A DNA stretch of 64,000 bases from the IMG/VR virus record IMGVR_UViG_3300047552_000676, positions 6,116 through 70,115 of that record. One strand, written 5' to 3'. The position numbers and the translations under genes are program-made. This DNA is from a virus. This document shows, piece by piece, positions 1 to 8,939 of the stretch. How positions within the stretch are numbered: position 1 is the first letter of the stretch; each line of letters begins with the position of its first letter. The notes under the pieces were generated by a model. The model searched no databases, was not told the DNA's origin, and worked only from the letters and a program-made list of their open reading frames with translations.

Positions 1-1766
1 AAAGCACACACGTTGCAGTTCTTTGCTAGCGGTAGCAGGATGTCTCGATAAACGCTTGGAAAATGAATGGGACGTTTTGAAGAAGGCATCAGTTCTAAAA
101 CCGTGCATACTTCTACGGCTAGATCCTTTCTACGACCAAGAGCTAGCGCGAAAGAGTTGTTCACCAATCCTGCATCTACTGCCATCGCGTGAGGTGACCA
201 CTCAGCCTTCTCTATGATATCCGTCAGTTTAGCTACTGTGTACTCCGGATTCTCCAGATCAACCTTTAGCTTGTGGTACTGTCTTCCAACGAAACAGTGC
301 TGTACCTGGCTACGGTTAAACACTGCACTGTCCACCCTTGGTGGATTAGCTCCAAAGTCACGCTCGGCTTTCGTGGCGTTTCTAGCATAAGCCTGCCGAA
401 TGATGGGGTGACTTCTCGTGTATAGTGGGTTGATTTCCCAAGTCGGCAGCCGAAGACCTAATGACAATGCATCAGGATTTGCACTTTCACCAAGAAGCCT
501 ACAGATTTTATCCTGCCAAGACTTAGGGCTAGAAATAGCGATGTTGAGGCCAGTAGGAATAGTATTGATACCTCTCTTGTAGAGGTCATACATTTCGGTT
601 CGTACTGTGGACAGTGAGTTGTCTAAGGACTGGTGCACTTCATCCGCGTTTGCCCGTTCTCTCTCGTTATCTTCGTCATCAAGTTCTTGTTCCTCACCTT
701 CGTTATCCACAAAGGTACGCTTGATATCGAATGGGAACATACCCAACTCGTCAGTTACAGCTAAAACCCGCGTGTCACCCCGCAAGGTGCGCATGTTAGG
801 CCCCATGAAATAGTAGTCCAGGTTTCGATGGAAGAACCTGAAGAACGTGTCATTCTTTTTGTAGAGCTCCTTGTCGTATCTACGCCCTACATCGTCAAGC
901 AAACGGAAGTACTCTTTGAACCAGTCAGAGTTATCAATGATCTGATAGAAGGGTGACCAAAGTAGTTTGTTCGCCCGAGCAACAGTCAGAGCCACAAACG
1001 TAGAGGTTAACGGTGTGAACTCTTGAATACCTTGGCAAATTGCTGCTAGTCGTGGGGACTTCAATAGAGCATGTGCGTGGTAAGCACTCTTAGTAGAAGA
1101 GAACGATGACTTACCGCCTCGCTGGCCTGCTACCAATACAAGCTGGTTATAGCCCACCAGACTATCGTCAAGTATCATGCCAGACTTAGTCCTAGAACAC
1201 TTAGGACAAACCCCGTCTTCGAGAAGAACTACCTTCTTGACAAGATCGTTAGGGTCCATGTCTACAGGAATATTCGTTACATCCGTGTAGTAATGTTTGT
1301 CTGTGCAGTGTGGGCAGTACTCACCAAAAAGAACATAGCTGATCCAGAGCTGCCTAGCAAAAGGCAGCTTGATGGTTTTGCCTGCAATGTTTTTGCAGAA
1401 GTCGAAATAATTTTTAGCTCGCTTTAGATCGCGATCATCAACGCTAAGATCCTTGACAGTATTTGTCAATGGATCAAAGGAGTTCATCATCGCTTGCCAT
1501 ACGAAGTTATCGCTTACGTCTTCTTGTAGCTCGATTTCCAAGTCTTTTGGCGTAAGAGTTTCGATCCGCTTTTGTTCTAGCTGAACTATAGGCAAATCCG
1601 GGTTAGAGGACCCTCTTGGTATAAATTCAAGTTCACCCAGCTCAGTTATGCTTGCGATTTCTCTTAGTTGTTTGAAGTTCTCGCACCTGTACTTCGGGCC
1701 TTTGTTTTGATCGCGGCAGGTTAGAAATAGAGAGCATTTTAAGCAAGAGGCTCTGGGTGTCGACAT
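1..1766 (-). CDS. terL: Terminase large subunit (3' end beyond the window; not in ORF track)
   Basis: Hand translation from ATG at 1766 (AGGAG upstream) is open to position 1: MSTPRASCLKCSLF... Walker A LVAGQRGGKS, Walker B VLAVTDE, coupling motif IAISSP, nuclease motif AMAVDAGLVNNSFAL. Confidence 0.9.
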   Translation of the reverse strand, partial: MSTPRASCLKCSLFLTCRDQNKGPKYRCENFKQLREIASITELGELEFIPRGSSNPDLPIVQLEQKRIETLTPKDLEIELQEDVSDNFVWQAMMNSFDPLTNTVKDLSVDDRDLKRAKNYFDFCKNIAGKTIKLPFARQLWISYVLFGEYCPHCTDKHYYTDVTNIPVDMDPNDLVKKVVLLEDGVCPKCSRTKSGMILDDSLVGYNQLVLVAGQRGGKSSFSSTKSAYHAHALLKSPRLAAICQGIQEFTPLTSTFVALTVARANKLLWSPFYQIIDNSDWFKEYFRLLDDVGRRYDKELYKKNDTFFRFFHRNLDYYFMGPNMRTLRGDTRVLAVTDELGMFPFDIKRTFVDNEGEEQELDDEDNERERANADEVHQSLDNSLSTVRTEMYDLYKRGINTIPTGLNIAISSPKSWQDKICRLLGESANPDALSLGLRLPTWEINPLYTRSHPIIRQAYARNATKAERDFGANPPRVDSAVFNRSQVQHCFVGRQYHKLKVDLENPEYTVAKLTDIIEKAEWSPHAMAVDAGLVNNSFALALGRRKDLAVEVCTVLELMPSSKRPIHFPSVYRDILLPLAKNCNVCA

Positions 1767-2214
1767 TTCCTGTATTCTCCTTGAGCATATGCAGCAAGGT
1801 GTGCATAGCCTTTTCACTATCTTTTAGTGATGAGTAGTCCTGCACAAAGCTGATGATCTTAGCCAGAATAGCTTTCTGCATACTATCTTCGATAGACGCG
1901 AACAAGTGCTGAGTATCAGCCGGCTCCTCGAAAGCTCTTTCTAAAATCTCTTTTGCGTCTTGAAGTCCATTGCTGATACCCAACACTAACGGAGCAATTT
2001 CAGTTAGGAAGAACTCTCGAGACTTGTCTATATTGGGGGCCACTCGCTCAGGGAACTCCCGCTTTAACCTACTCACTTGGGCAATTATCCCTAGGTTAGT
2101 TGGTATAGACGCAGTTGGAGCGGGGGACGCCACTGAGATATGTGGCTTCTTATCGTCTTCAGGTGCTGGGTATCGGAACTTCATAGACCGATACCTCGGT
2201 GGAGTTGTTTTCAT
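1642..2214 (-). CDS. Hypothetical helical protein, possible terminase small subunit
   Basis: 190 aa, immediately upstream of and overlapping terL by 125 nt; function inferred from position only. Confidence 0.4.
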   Translation of the reverse strand: MKTTPPRYRSMKFRYPAPEDDKKPHISVASPAPTASIPTNLGIIAQVSRLKREFPERVAPNIDKSREFFLTEIAPLVLGISNGLQDAKEILERAFEEPADTQHLFASIEDSMQKAILAKIISFVQDYSSLKDSEKAMHTLLHMLKENTGNVDTQSLLLKMLSISNLPRSKQRPEVQVRELQTTKRNRKHN

Positions 2215-2216
2215 GT

Positions 2217-3551
2217 CTACTCAGTTAAATCAGGTTTGAAGCCGCCCTTAGCCTTCTTGCCCGTTTCCTTCTTAGCTTGAAGATGCTTGCGCTCTTCTTC
2301 GCTAAGGTCTTTTACCTTCATCTTCGTATATAGAATCTTGAGAGTGAACGGCATGTCACTCTGGTTACGGCTCTTTGGTTGCTCGAAGTGCAACAGACCT
2401 TGTTCTTTAGATTCCTTGTTTGCTACAGCGAACCACGCTAGAGAAGCATGTTCTTTAACCATCTGACTGTAACGCAGTTTGCCTTCTTCGTTAACTTGAA
2501 CCAGCATGACAACTACTTTGTTATGAGCGTCAGCCCACTGCTTTGCAAAGCGAGCAATCTGCCCCATCTTTCTCCACTGATCATCACCATCCGCGTCTTT
2601 CAACAGGCCAAGATAGTCGATGTAGATAACGTCAGCTTTATAGGACGAAAGGGAAGCCAAGAGCTCCTGAATAGTCAGGTCTTCTTTTGGCTTAAAGATG
2701 GTGTATCTGCCCCCGCTCTCTCGAATCTTGCGATCAAGCTTCTTGAAGCGCTTGAATGCTACATCTTTTTCGCCTGTGGCTAGACGCTTAAGAAAGATGT
2801 CTAGGCTGTTAAGCCCTGAAGCGTTGGAAATAGTACGCGACACCATCTCGATGTCGGTCATTTCTAATGGCACTAGAACAGTCTTGTAACCACGCTTTGC
2901 CTGATTGGTACTTATCTGGTTAGCAAGGATAGACTTACCGCCCCCACTGTTCAAGCCTATCAGCACAAGTGAGCCGCGTAGAAATCCACCATTAACGGCG
3001 TCGTATGAATCGAAACCCGTAGGGATTACGTTATCGGTGTTTGGGCTGTAGATGATGTCCTTTACGGTATCCATCACGTTGGAGTCTTTACCAATGTGTA
3101 ATACCGTAGCTTCGGAGGCCCTTTTGAGCTGGATCATAGCCATCGCTTTGGCTACCATATCACTCAGCTCTTCTACATCGATGGAGGGATTCTCTAGGTG
3201 TTTGTGAATACCTTTAGACAGCCTGTAGTAAAGGCGGGTCTGGCGATAACGATTAAGAACCTCCACAAGCTGGATAGCTTGTGTCATCTTCTTAACAGGG
3301 GCTTCTGCGTCCTTCAAAAAGTCACGAGTTTCTTCCGTGAGCTTTACATCCTCACATAGAAGTTTGAACGCGGGAGGTTCACCTTTCTTTGTGAAATAGT
3401 CGTGGATCTTTTTGAACGCCTCTTGGCTTTCTTCCAGATGAAAATACGAAGCGTCCAGACTAGATAGTAACGCACCACTAACCTTGATGTTTTTAGAACA
3501 GATGGACCTCAGCGCTCGCGCTTCAGTTACTGCGTTAAATAGCTTTGCGAT
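2217..3551 (-). CDS. dnaB: DnaB-like replicative helicase (probable ATC start at 3551)
   Basis: Motifs IPTGF, GLNSGGGKS, LEM, IYIDYLGL, LVQVN. The frame stays open 78 codons upstream of the ORF-track TTG, to GGAG-N7-ATC GCA AAG CTA. Confidence 0.85.
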   Translation of the reverse strand: MAKLFNAVTEARALRSICSKNIKVSGALLSSLDASYFHLEESQEAFKKIHDYFTKKGEPPAFKLLCEDVKLTEETRDFLKDAEAPVKKMTQAIQLVEVLNRYRQTRLYYRLSKGIHKHLENPSIDVEELSDMVAKAMAMIQLKRASEATVLHIGKDSNVMDTVKDIIYSPNTDNVIPTGFDSYDAVNGGFLRGSLVLIGLNSGGGKSILANQISTNQAKRGYKTVLVPLEMTDIEMVSRTISNASGLNSLDIFLKRLATGEKDVAFKRFKKLDRKIRESGGRYTIFKPKEDLTIQELLASLSSYKADVIYIDYLGLLKDADGDDQWRKMGQIARFAKQWADAHNKVVVMLVQVNEEGKLRYSQMVKEHASLAWFAVANKESKEQGLLHFEQPKSRNQSDMPFTLKILYTKMKVKDLSEEERKHLQAKKETGKKAKGGFKPDLTE

Positions 3552-3670
3552 TTTATTTCTCCACCAATTTTATACTGTACGTCTGTACTGAAAAGACCGG
3601 CCAGTCCTGACAAGCTCGTATCTTGTCTAGGTACATACGTATACCCCCATAGTATACGAGACTATTCACA

Positions 3671-4147
3671 ATGGCTAATTCAAAACCACTAGATCTAAAA
3701 TATCTCAGAAAATTCATTCTTTCGGGAATGAAAAATAAAACTCTTACAAAGACATCCATACTAAGACTCTTAAAGAACCGACATCCTATTTGGGACCTAG
3801 TGAGATCAGACAACAAGATTGGTCTTAATGTCAAACTTCTATACGACAAACTTTCTATTCCAGAAGGTTCCTGTAAGGTGTGTGGAAACCCTACCGGTCT
3901 TAATAGGGCTATTTACTATGATCACTGTAGTGATTCCTGTGGAAACAAGTCTAAAAACCGTATTGAACGGAGCATGAAATCTAGACAACACTCAAAATTT
4001 CACATTTTGAACTCTCGCGGCGAAGTGAAAGATCGATCGCACAACTTTCCAAATCTCAGACGCAAGATACTCTCTATGGTAAATGGGGACTCCCCAGATT
4101 GTTCCCGTATGAGTTTTTCTAGATATCTAAAAAGAATTATCCACTAG
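3671..4147 (+). CDS. N-terminal zinc-binding part of a putative free-standing homing endonuclease
   Basis: CKVC...CSDSC motif; K/R-rich, AT-rich, opposite strand to neighbours; appears frameshifted into the next ORF. Confidence 0.6.
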   Translation: MANSKPLDLKYLRKFILSGMKNKTLTKTSILRLLKNRHPIWDLVRSDNKIGLNVKLLYDKLSIPEGSCKVCGNPTGLNRAIYYDHCSDSCGNKSKNRIERSMKSRQHSKFHILNSRGEVKDRSHNFPNLRRKILSMVNGDSPDCSRMSFSRYLKRIIH

Positions 4148-4713
4148 TGTTTTTAGATGTTAAATGCGCTGCCTATCGAGGTCTTGACATGAAAAGACTT
4201 TTTCAGTCTTTTAACATACCTCTAGAATCTAGGTGTCTAGAATGTGACTCACCCGTTAGTCTAGGCATAAAAGGCTTTAGATACAGGCAGTTCTGTAGTA
4301 AGTCTTGTAAGGCTACCTATCACGTAGGAGCCGGGTTTTCAATTAAGACATTTGTGGACTCAACAGGTAAATCTCATTCTTATCAAGGTTACGAGGATAG
4401 AATTTTGAAGATTTTAGATAGGTCCTCAAAAGTAGCTAGCTTTTCTACCTCGGATATTCCAAAGATCAGGTACAGATACAAGAAAGAAGCCAAATCTAGA
4501 ACGTACCATCCGGATATAGTTGCTTTTCTTAAAGACGGTCGAAAGCTTTTGATAGAAGTGAAAAGTACCTATACGCTAGTCCATGCGAAGACTTTTGCCT
4601 TAAACAAGAGAAAATTTGAAGTCGCTTCAAAACTGTCCAAGCAACATGGGTTTGAGTTCTGGCTAGCTGTTGTTGATAAAAAAGTTTCTTGGCACTGGAA
4701 CGGCCTGCACTAG
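4147..4713 (+). CDS. TnsA-like PD-(D/E)xK endonuclease (putative homing endonuclease, C-terminal part)
   Basis: CLEC...CSKSC motif followed by YQGYE and TYHPDIV...LLIEVKS. Confidence 0.75.
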   Translation: MFLDVKCAAYRGLDMKRLFQSFNIPLESRCLECDSPVSLGIKGFRYRQFCSKSCKATYHVGAGFSIKTFVDSTGKSHSYQGYEDRILKILDRSSKVASFSTSDIPKIRYRYKKEAKSRTYHPDIVAFLKDGRKLLIEVKSTYTLVHAKTFALNKRKFEVASKLSKQHGFEFWLAVVDKKVSWHWNGLH

Positions 4714-5289
4714 TCATACGACCTCAATCTTGCTCTTCACCAACTTACTGCTGTGATAGTAAATATTGTTTACTGTCTTATACAACCGAGTCGAGAAATA
4801 CGTAATAGGATCTTCCCCCGCTATCACAACAATTCGAGGTATATCGCAGTGATGCTCTAGCAAGTCCCTTGCCTTCTCTAGCTTGACGTTAGTGCTGTTA
4901 GGGGTGAGACCAGTAATGACCAATAAATCATAGTCGTAGCTAAGAGACTTGTTAGAAAAGTCACCATACAACTGTTCCCACTTCACCCTAGCGTGGCCCT
5001 TATGCTGCAGATAAGTCTGCACTAAATACGCTGCAAACACCTTTGCATTGGAATCATTAGGGGCAGAAGCCACTCCGTAGATGATAGCTGCCTCGGGGTC
5101 TTCAACAAATCGTTCAAGCGACGTGGCCTGAACATCGGCAAGAAACATCTTTTCTTGAAGACGATCACCACCCACAACGAAATCACTAGGGTTGAATTTG
5201 AAGGGACGTTCTGCCCAGAGATTACCCGGTACAGAAACTCCGTGTGTATAGAAGAAGTCTTTAGACTCAAGCTTTATCATTGGTCTCAT
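4714..5289 (-). CDS. Hypothetical protein, possibly a degenerate DnaC/IstB-like helicase loader
   Basis: Rossmann-like pattern (YDLLVITG) without a Walker A; lies between two helicases. Confidence 0.35.
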   Translation of the reverse strand: MRPMIKLESKDFFYTHGVSVPGNLWAERPFKFNPSDFVVGGDRLQEKMFLADVQATSLERFVEDPEAAIIYGVASAPNDSNAKVFAAYLVQTYLQHKGHARVKWEQLYGDFSNKSLSYDYDLLVITGLTPNSTNVKLEKARDLLEHHCDIPRIVVIAGEDPITYFSTRLYKTVNNIYYHSSKLVKSKIEVV

Positions 5290-6830
5290 TAGAAACCCTC
5301 TTGGAAATCGAGCTCCCGACGGTTTACATCACCTTTGAAGTAAGCCATCAACGCCCCCATGTCCTGGGAAGAAATCTTGGGGCTAAATCTAGGTTTGATA
5401 GCTCCCCAGAATTCCGCACGGCGAATAGTACGCATTAGCTTTGAATCATCGATAACTAACACGACCACAGGTTCAGGCTTGTCCGCATACGGAGTCAAGA
5501 TTCGTGACAAGCGTTGTCCACACTTAGGACCGTTATTCATAGCCAAGATTTCAAAGATGCACGACGCTCTTGGGATGTTTGTTCCGGTTGATATCAACGA
5601 TATATTACCTACGCAGATCTTAGCTTGGTACTTTCTAAATTTGCTGAGAAAGTTTATTCGTTGCTCTTTGCTTAACCCGCCATAGAAGGGGAGTGCATAT
5701 CCTTTGCCCATCCGGCTGTTGATCTCGCGAGTCCAATCGAGTATCGGATCGACTTGCGACAGTGGTAGTAAGACCATGTGCCCAGCCTCAGCATATCGTA
5801 TAGCCTCAGTAATGATCTTGTCTCTACGAGTGCTGTTCTTCTGTAGTCGACCTTGAAAATAGGTAAACCCCGCCTGACTTCCGCCGGGAGGGTCCTTGAT
5901 TTTAACGTGAGTATTCAAGACAGTCAGTCTAGGTATAAGACGTTCTACCTTGCAGGTGTGTAGGGTAGGTCCAATCAAATCGTGCGCGATATTGATTTCC
6001 ATCGTCACCTTACGTTCTACAGTGCCGCTTAGGCCGTACATATAGGTTGGGTTAAGACCGGCGACTACCCGCGATGTTTGCAGAGCGGGTGTTAAGTGGA
6101 CCTCATCGATGAGCACTAGACCAAACAGATTCTTGATTTTGGCTAGCTTCTTTTTGCCCTTTTCACTCATGAACTGAGCAAAGGTAGATAGACAGATGTC
6201 GGTCTTTTCAAAGTCTTGGACAGTTTTGCAAAAACCTATCTGTCTTTTCTTAGCGTTGGTAAAAGGCTCTTCGTCTTTAGAACCAATGAACGTGTCTTTG
6301 AAACCAATTAGCCATTCGCGCTGTGAGGCTAGTATCAAAGTCTTAAGTCCGAGCTTGCAAACAATAGCGGCCCCCATCACAGTCTTACCAGTACGAGGAG
6401 GACTTTCCAAAATGCCCCGTGACTTGCGTATGACTTGCTTGACAGCGTCCTTCTGATAGTCGTGTAGCTTTCGCGTTAGCTTGATGGCTCGCGTTAGTGG
6501 TACTTCACCTGGAGTCTTATTGACTACCTTGTAGTCTTCTTTCCCTATTGATACAAGCCACTTCTTAACCTTCTTGGTCGCGCCTGCTGGTAGTGATAGG
6601 AAGTCTTGTCCCTTTACTTCAATGACTTTTGAAGTCTGACGGGCACCCTTAAACGCGGAGCATGAATCGCATACGTCGTTGTGGCGTTGATCTAAATTCT
6701 CACATTTATTACAGGCTTTTTCTTCGTAGAAGAAATAGGTAAACCGCTTGTGAGCCCGTCGAATATCTGAGCCTTCTAAGTCTGCTACAGGTATTAGTAG
6801 GGCTTCTTTCTTTGTGATTTTCAATGTCAT
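5289..6830 (-). CDS. uvsW: Superfamily 2 DNA helicase (UvsW-like)
   Basis: LHDYQ Q-motif, SPPRTGKT, IDEVH, GLSGT, STGTN, QRLSRILT; N-terminal CxxC...CxxC. Confidence 0.85.
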   Translation of the reverse strand: MTLKITKKEALLIPVADLEGSDIRRAHKRFTYFFYEEKACNKCENLDQRHNDVCDSCSAFKGARQTSKVIEVKGQDFLSLPAGATKKVKKWLVSIGKEDYKVVNKTPGEVPLTRAIKLTRKLHDYQKDAVKQVIRKSRGILESPPRTGKTVMGAAIVCKLGLKTLILASQREWLIGFKDTFIGSKDEEPFTNAKKRQIGFCKTVQDFEKTDICLSTFAQFMSEKGKKKLAKIKNLFGLVLIDEVHLTPALQTSRVVAGLNPTYMYGLSGTVERKVTMEINIAHDLIGPTLHTCKVERLIPRLTVLNTHVKIKDPPGGSQAGFTYFQGRLQKNSTRRDKIITEAIRYAEAGHMVLLPLSQVDPILDWTREINSRMGKGYALPFYGGLSKEQRINFLSKFRKYQAKICVGNISLISTGTNIPRASCIFEILAMNNGPKCGQRLSRILTPYADKPEPVVVLVIDDSKLMRTIRRAEFWGAIKPRFSPKISSQDMGALMAYFKGDVNRRELDFQEGF

Positions 6831-7345
6831 GAAACCACACTTTCACGTTTGTCTAGGAACATCTTTAGCGTCTCCTTTACGTTTGTCAACATAAACGAAG
6901 CGCGATCTATATCCTGTATAAAAGCGTTTAGGCTGGCAATAGCGGCGTCTATTTCACCTAGTTTTCTATTGCCCGCTGAGAACACTCGGTCAACGACCAA
7001 CATACGTTCTTCTTTTGTTTTTCCGTACGCAGCGATGTCATCTGAGTACGAAGCCCGTAGATGTTTCTTGCACAGATTAATCGCCGTTGCCAGAAGTTCT
7101 TGCTGGTTAGCACGCTGCTGAGTTAGTTCCACTAACCTAGCACGGTTAGAGAGATCTAACAAAATGGCATCCTGCAACTTTCCAGGCGAAACTCTAGATT
7201 CATATAGCATACGCGACTTACGAATCTTGTGCAAGTAGGCCGCTTCTTTTTTGATCTTATCACAGTCAGTAGCCGACACCGTGGTAAGTATGTCTTTGTA
7301 CTTCAGATACTCGGTATCTTGCTTTACTTTTTTCTTTAACGACAT
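6827..7345 (-). CDS. Coiled-coil protein, UvsY-like recombination mediator
   Basis: 172 aa helical protein next to the UvsW-like gene; GKTKEER motif; synteny inference. Confidence 0.45.
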   Translation of the reverse strand: MSLKKKVKQDTEYLKYKDILTTVSATDCDKIKKEAAYLHKIRKSRMLYESRVSPGKLQDAILLDLSNRARLVELTQQRANQQELLATAINLCKKHLRASYSDDIAAYGKTKEERMLVVDRVFSAGNRKLGEIDAAIASLNAFIQDIDRASFMLTNVKETLKMFLDKRESVVS

Positions 7346-7346
7346 G

Positions 7347-7790
7347 TTAAATCATGGTAAGGAAGTCGTGCAGCTTATCGCTAAGATCAGACACCGTGAC
7401 CAGGCTGGCTTTACCACCGGATACATGGTATAGATAGAAGTCTTCGCTACGGAACTTTAAGTTCGTGTCTTCCGGGGTGAGCTTTATCTCGTCTGAATGA
7501 CTGCGCCATGACCCGGAGTAAGCCAGTACAGCAGTAGAGACATTCAAAACAGGTAGCGAGGAAAAGAATAAGTATCCTACGATGTCGGAAATATCTTCGT
7601 AGTAGCTATTGACTGACACGGCTCCGATATAGAAATTTGAGGTAAGGTTTTTGACCGGCTCAAAATCTTTCACAAATAGCTGCGTAGGTTTCCCGTGCAA
7701 TTTCTTGTTGAGAAAATGGTACTCCCTGTTCTGTATAGTTGTATGTACGAACAGATCTACTGGTGGTGTATGTGCAAAGGAGAAGTTCAT
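7347..7790 (-). CDS. Hypothetical protein
   Basis: 147 aa ORF tightly packed in the operon. Confidence 0.6.
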   Translation of the reverse strand: MNFSFAHTPPVDLFVHTTIQNREYHFLNKKLHGKPTQLFVKDFEPVKNLTSNFYIGAVSVNSYYEDISDIVGYLFFSSLPVLNVSTAVLAYSGSWRSHSDEIKLTPEDTNLKFRSEDFYLYHVSGGKASLVTVSDLSDKLHDFLTMI

Positions 7791-8884
7791 TGTGTATCTG
7801 ATGGTACAGATAGAGTGGCAACATAGGTGAATGTTCCGCTCTTGAACCTAATGATTGTATCGTCCAGGCTAAAGGATATTGTGTCTTCGGCCTTGGACAC
7901 AATGCTGGACAAATAACTGGCGTCAACAAGAAAGTTAAATTTCCCCTTCGCTTTGGCCTTTAGCTTCGCCTCCACGCTATTACCATCCGCGGATAGGGTC
8001 ATTGTGAGGCTGTCGTCTTTTACCTGGCAGTTGACAACTGAGGACGACTTCAAGAATGCCTTAGCATTGTTTAAGAACGCCGCTAGACTTTCTTTTGAAA
8101 CACTAACGGTCTTTTCCAACTTGAGTTCATCCATAGCTAGTAGCTTAGGTCCTACGTTGGAAAATGCTAGGTTCTCATCGGACAGTGCCACCATAGGGGT
8201 GAGGCTGCGCACGTTACCGATTTGTAGGAATAGATACTCAGGCGTTGTCTTAAGTAGAGCGTTGCCTATATATTCTTTGAACAGGGATACAGCTTGCGGT
8301 AGAGGAAGAGATAGCTCTAGAGTAGATCCCAGCTTATTCTTGGATTTCAGATAAGCTGTTTGATAGCCATCGTAGGACGCTACCAGAATGCGGTCTTTAT
8401 TGAAAGAAAAGTGCACATCTAAGTCGGGCAAGCTAGCCAAACTCTTTGGCAACTGGACCTTATCTGTGGACTTCTTTAGCAAATCCCATAGATCCTGGTT
8501 TATCTCGAACGAGTGTTGAGGGTTTTCAGGTGGGTTGGCACGTTGAACATTAGCGACTTCCACGCCTAGAACGTTGACTTGATATCGCTTGGTTGCGATA
8601 GTGAGTCGCCCTTCGTTAAAGGTAAACTCTAAGTTGGATCTTCCTTGAACCAAAGTGGAGAGCTGTGAGTAGTTGAATTCCCACGCACCCTTAAGACCAG
8701 GGATTGGCTCGTTGATAACGGCCTCTGTAATAGAGCCTTGGTTGTATGCCGTGAGTAGGGTCTTGACTCCGGACTTAGCCGTAAGTTCCGAAAAGGTGAG
8801 CGCGTTGATACCTGAGATACGCTCCATGCGTCGAATAGCAAGAAGGACCGCACTGATTTTGCCATCGTCTTGTTTGTTTTTCAT
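7787..8884 (-). CDS. DNA polymerase III beta-like sliding clamp
   Basis: 365 aa, three-domain beta-clamp size, LVASYDGYQ (cf. VATDGHR), VDASYL near the C-terminus. Confidence 0.7.
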   Translation of the reverse strand: MKNKQDDGKISAVLLAIRRMERISGINALTFSELTAKSGVKTLLTAYNQGSITEAVINEPIPGLKGAWEFNYSQLSTLVQGRSNLEFTFNEGRLTIATKRYQVNVLGVEVANVQRANPPENPQHSFEINQDLWDLLKKSTDKVQLPKSLASLPDLDVHFSFNKDRILVASYDGYQTAYLKSKNKLGSTLELSLPLPQAVSLFKEYIGNALLKTTPEYLFLQIGNVRSLTPMVALSDENLAFSNVGPKLLAMDELKLEKTVSVSKESLAAFLNNAKAFLKSSSVVNCQVKDDSLTMTLSADGNSVEAKLKAKAKGKFNFLVDASYLSSIVSKAEDTISFSLDDTIIRFKSGTFTYVATLSVPSDTQ

Positions 8885-8899
8885 AGCTACAAAGTAATA

Positions 8900-8928
8900 A
8901 GGGCTGAAGCCCTAAAGCCTCAGCCCCC
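8900..8928 (-). terminator. Intrinsic terminator-like hairpin after the topoisomerase IB gene
   Basis: GGGCTGAGGC-TTTAGG-GCTTCAGCCC followed by TTATT on the minus strand. Confidence 0.55.
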
Positions 8929-8939
8929 TATTTACAGTG

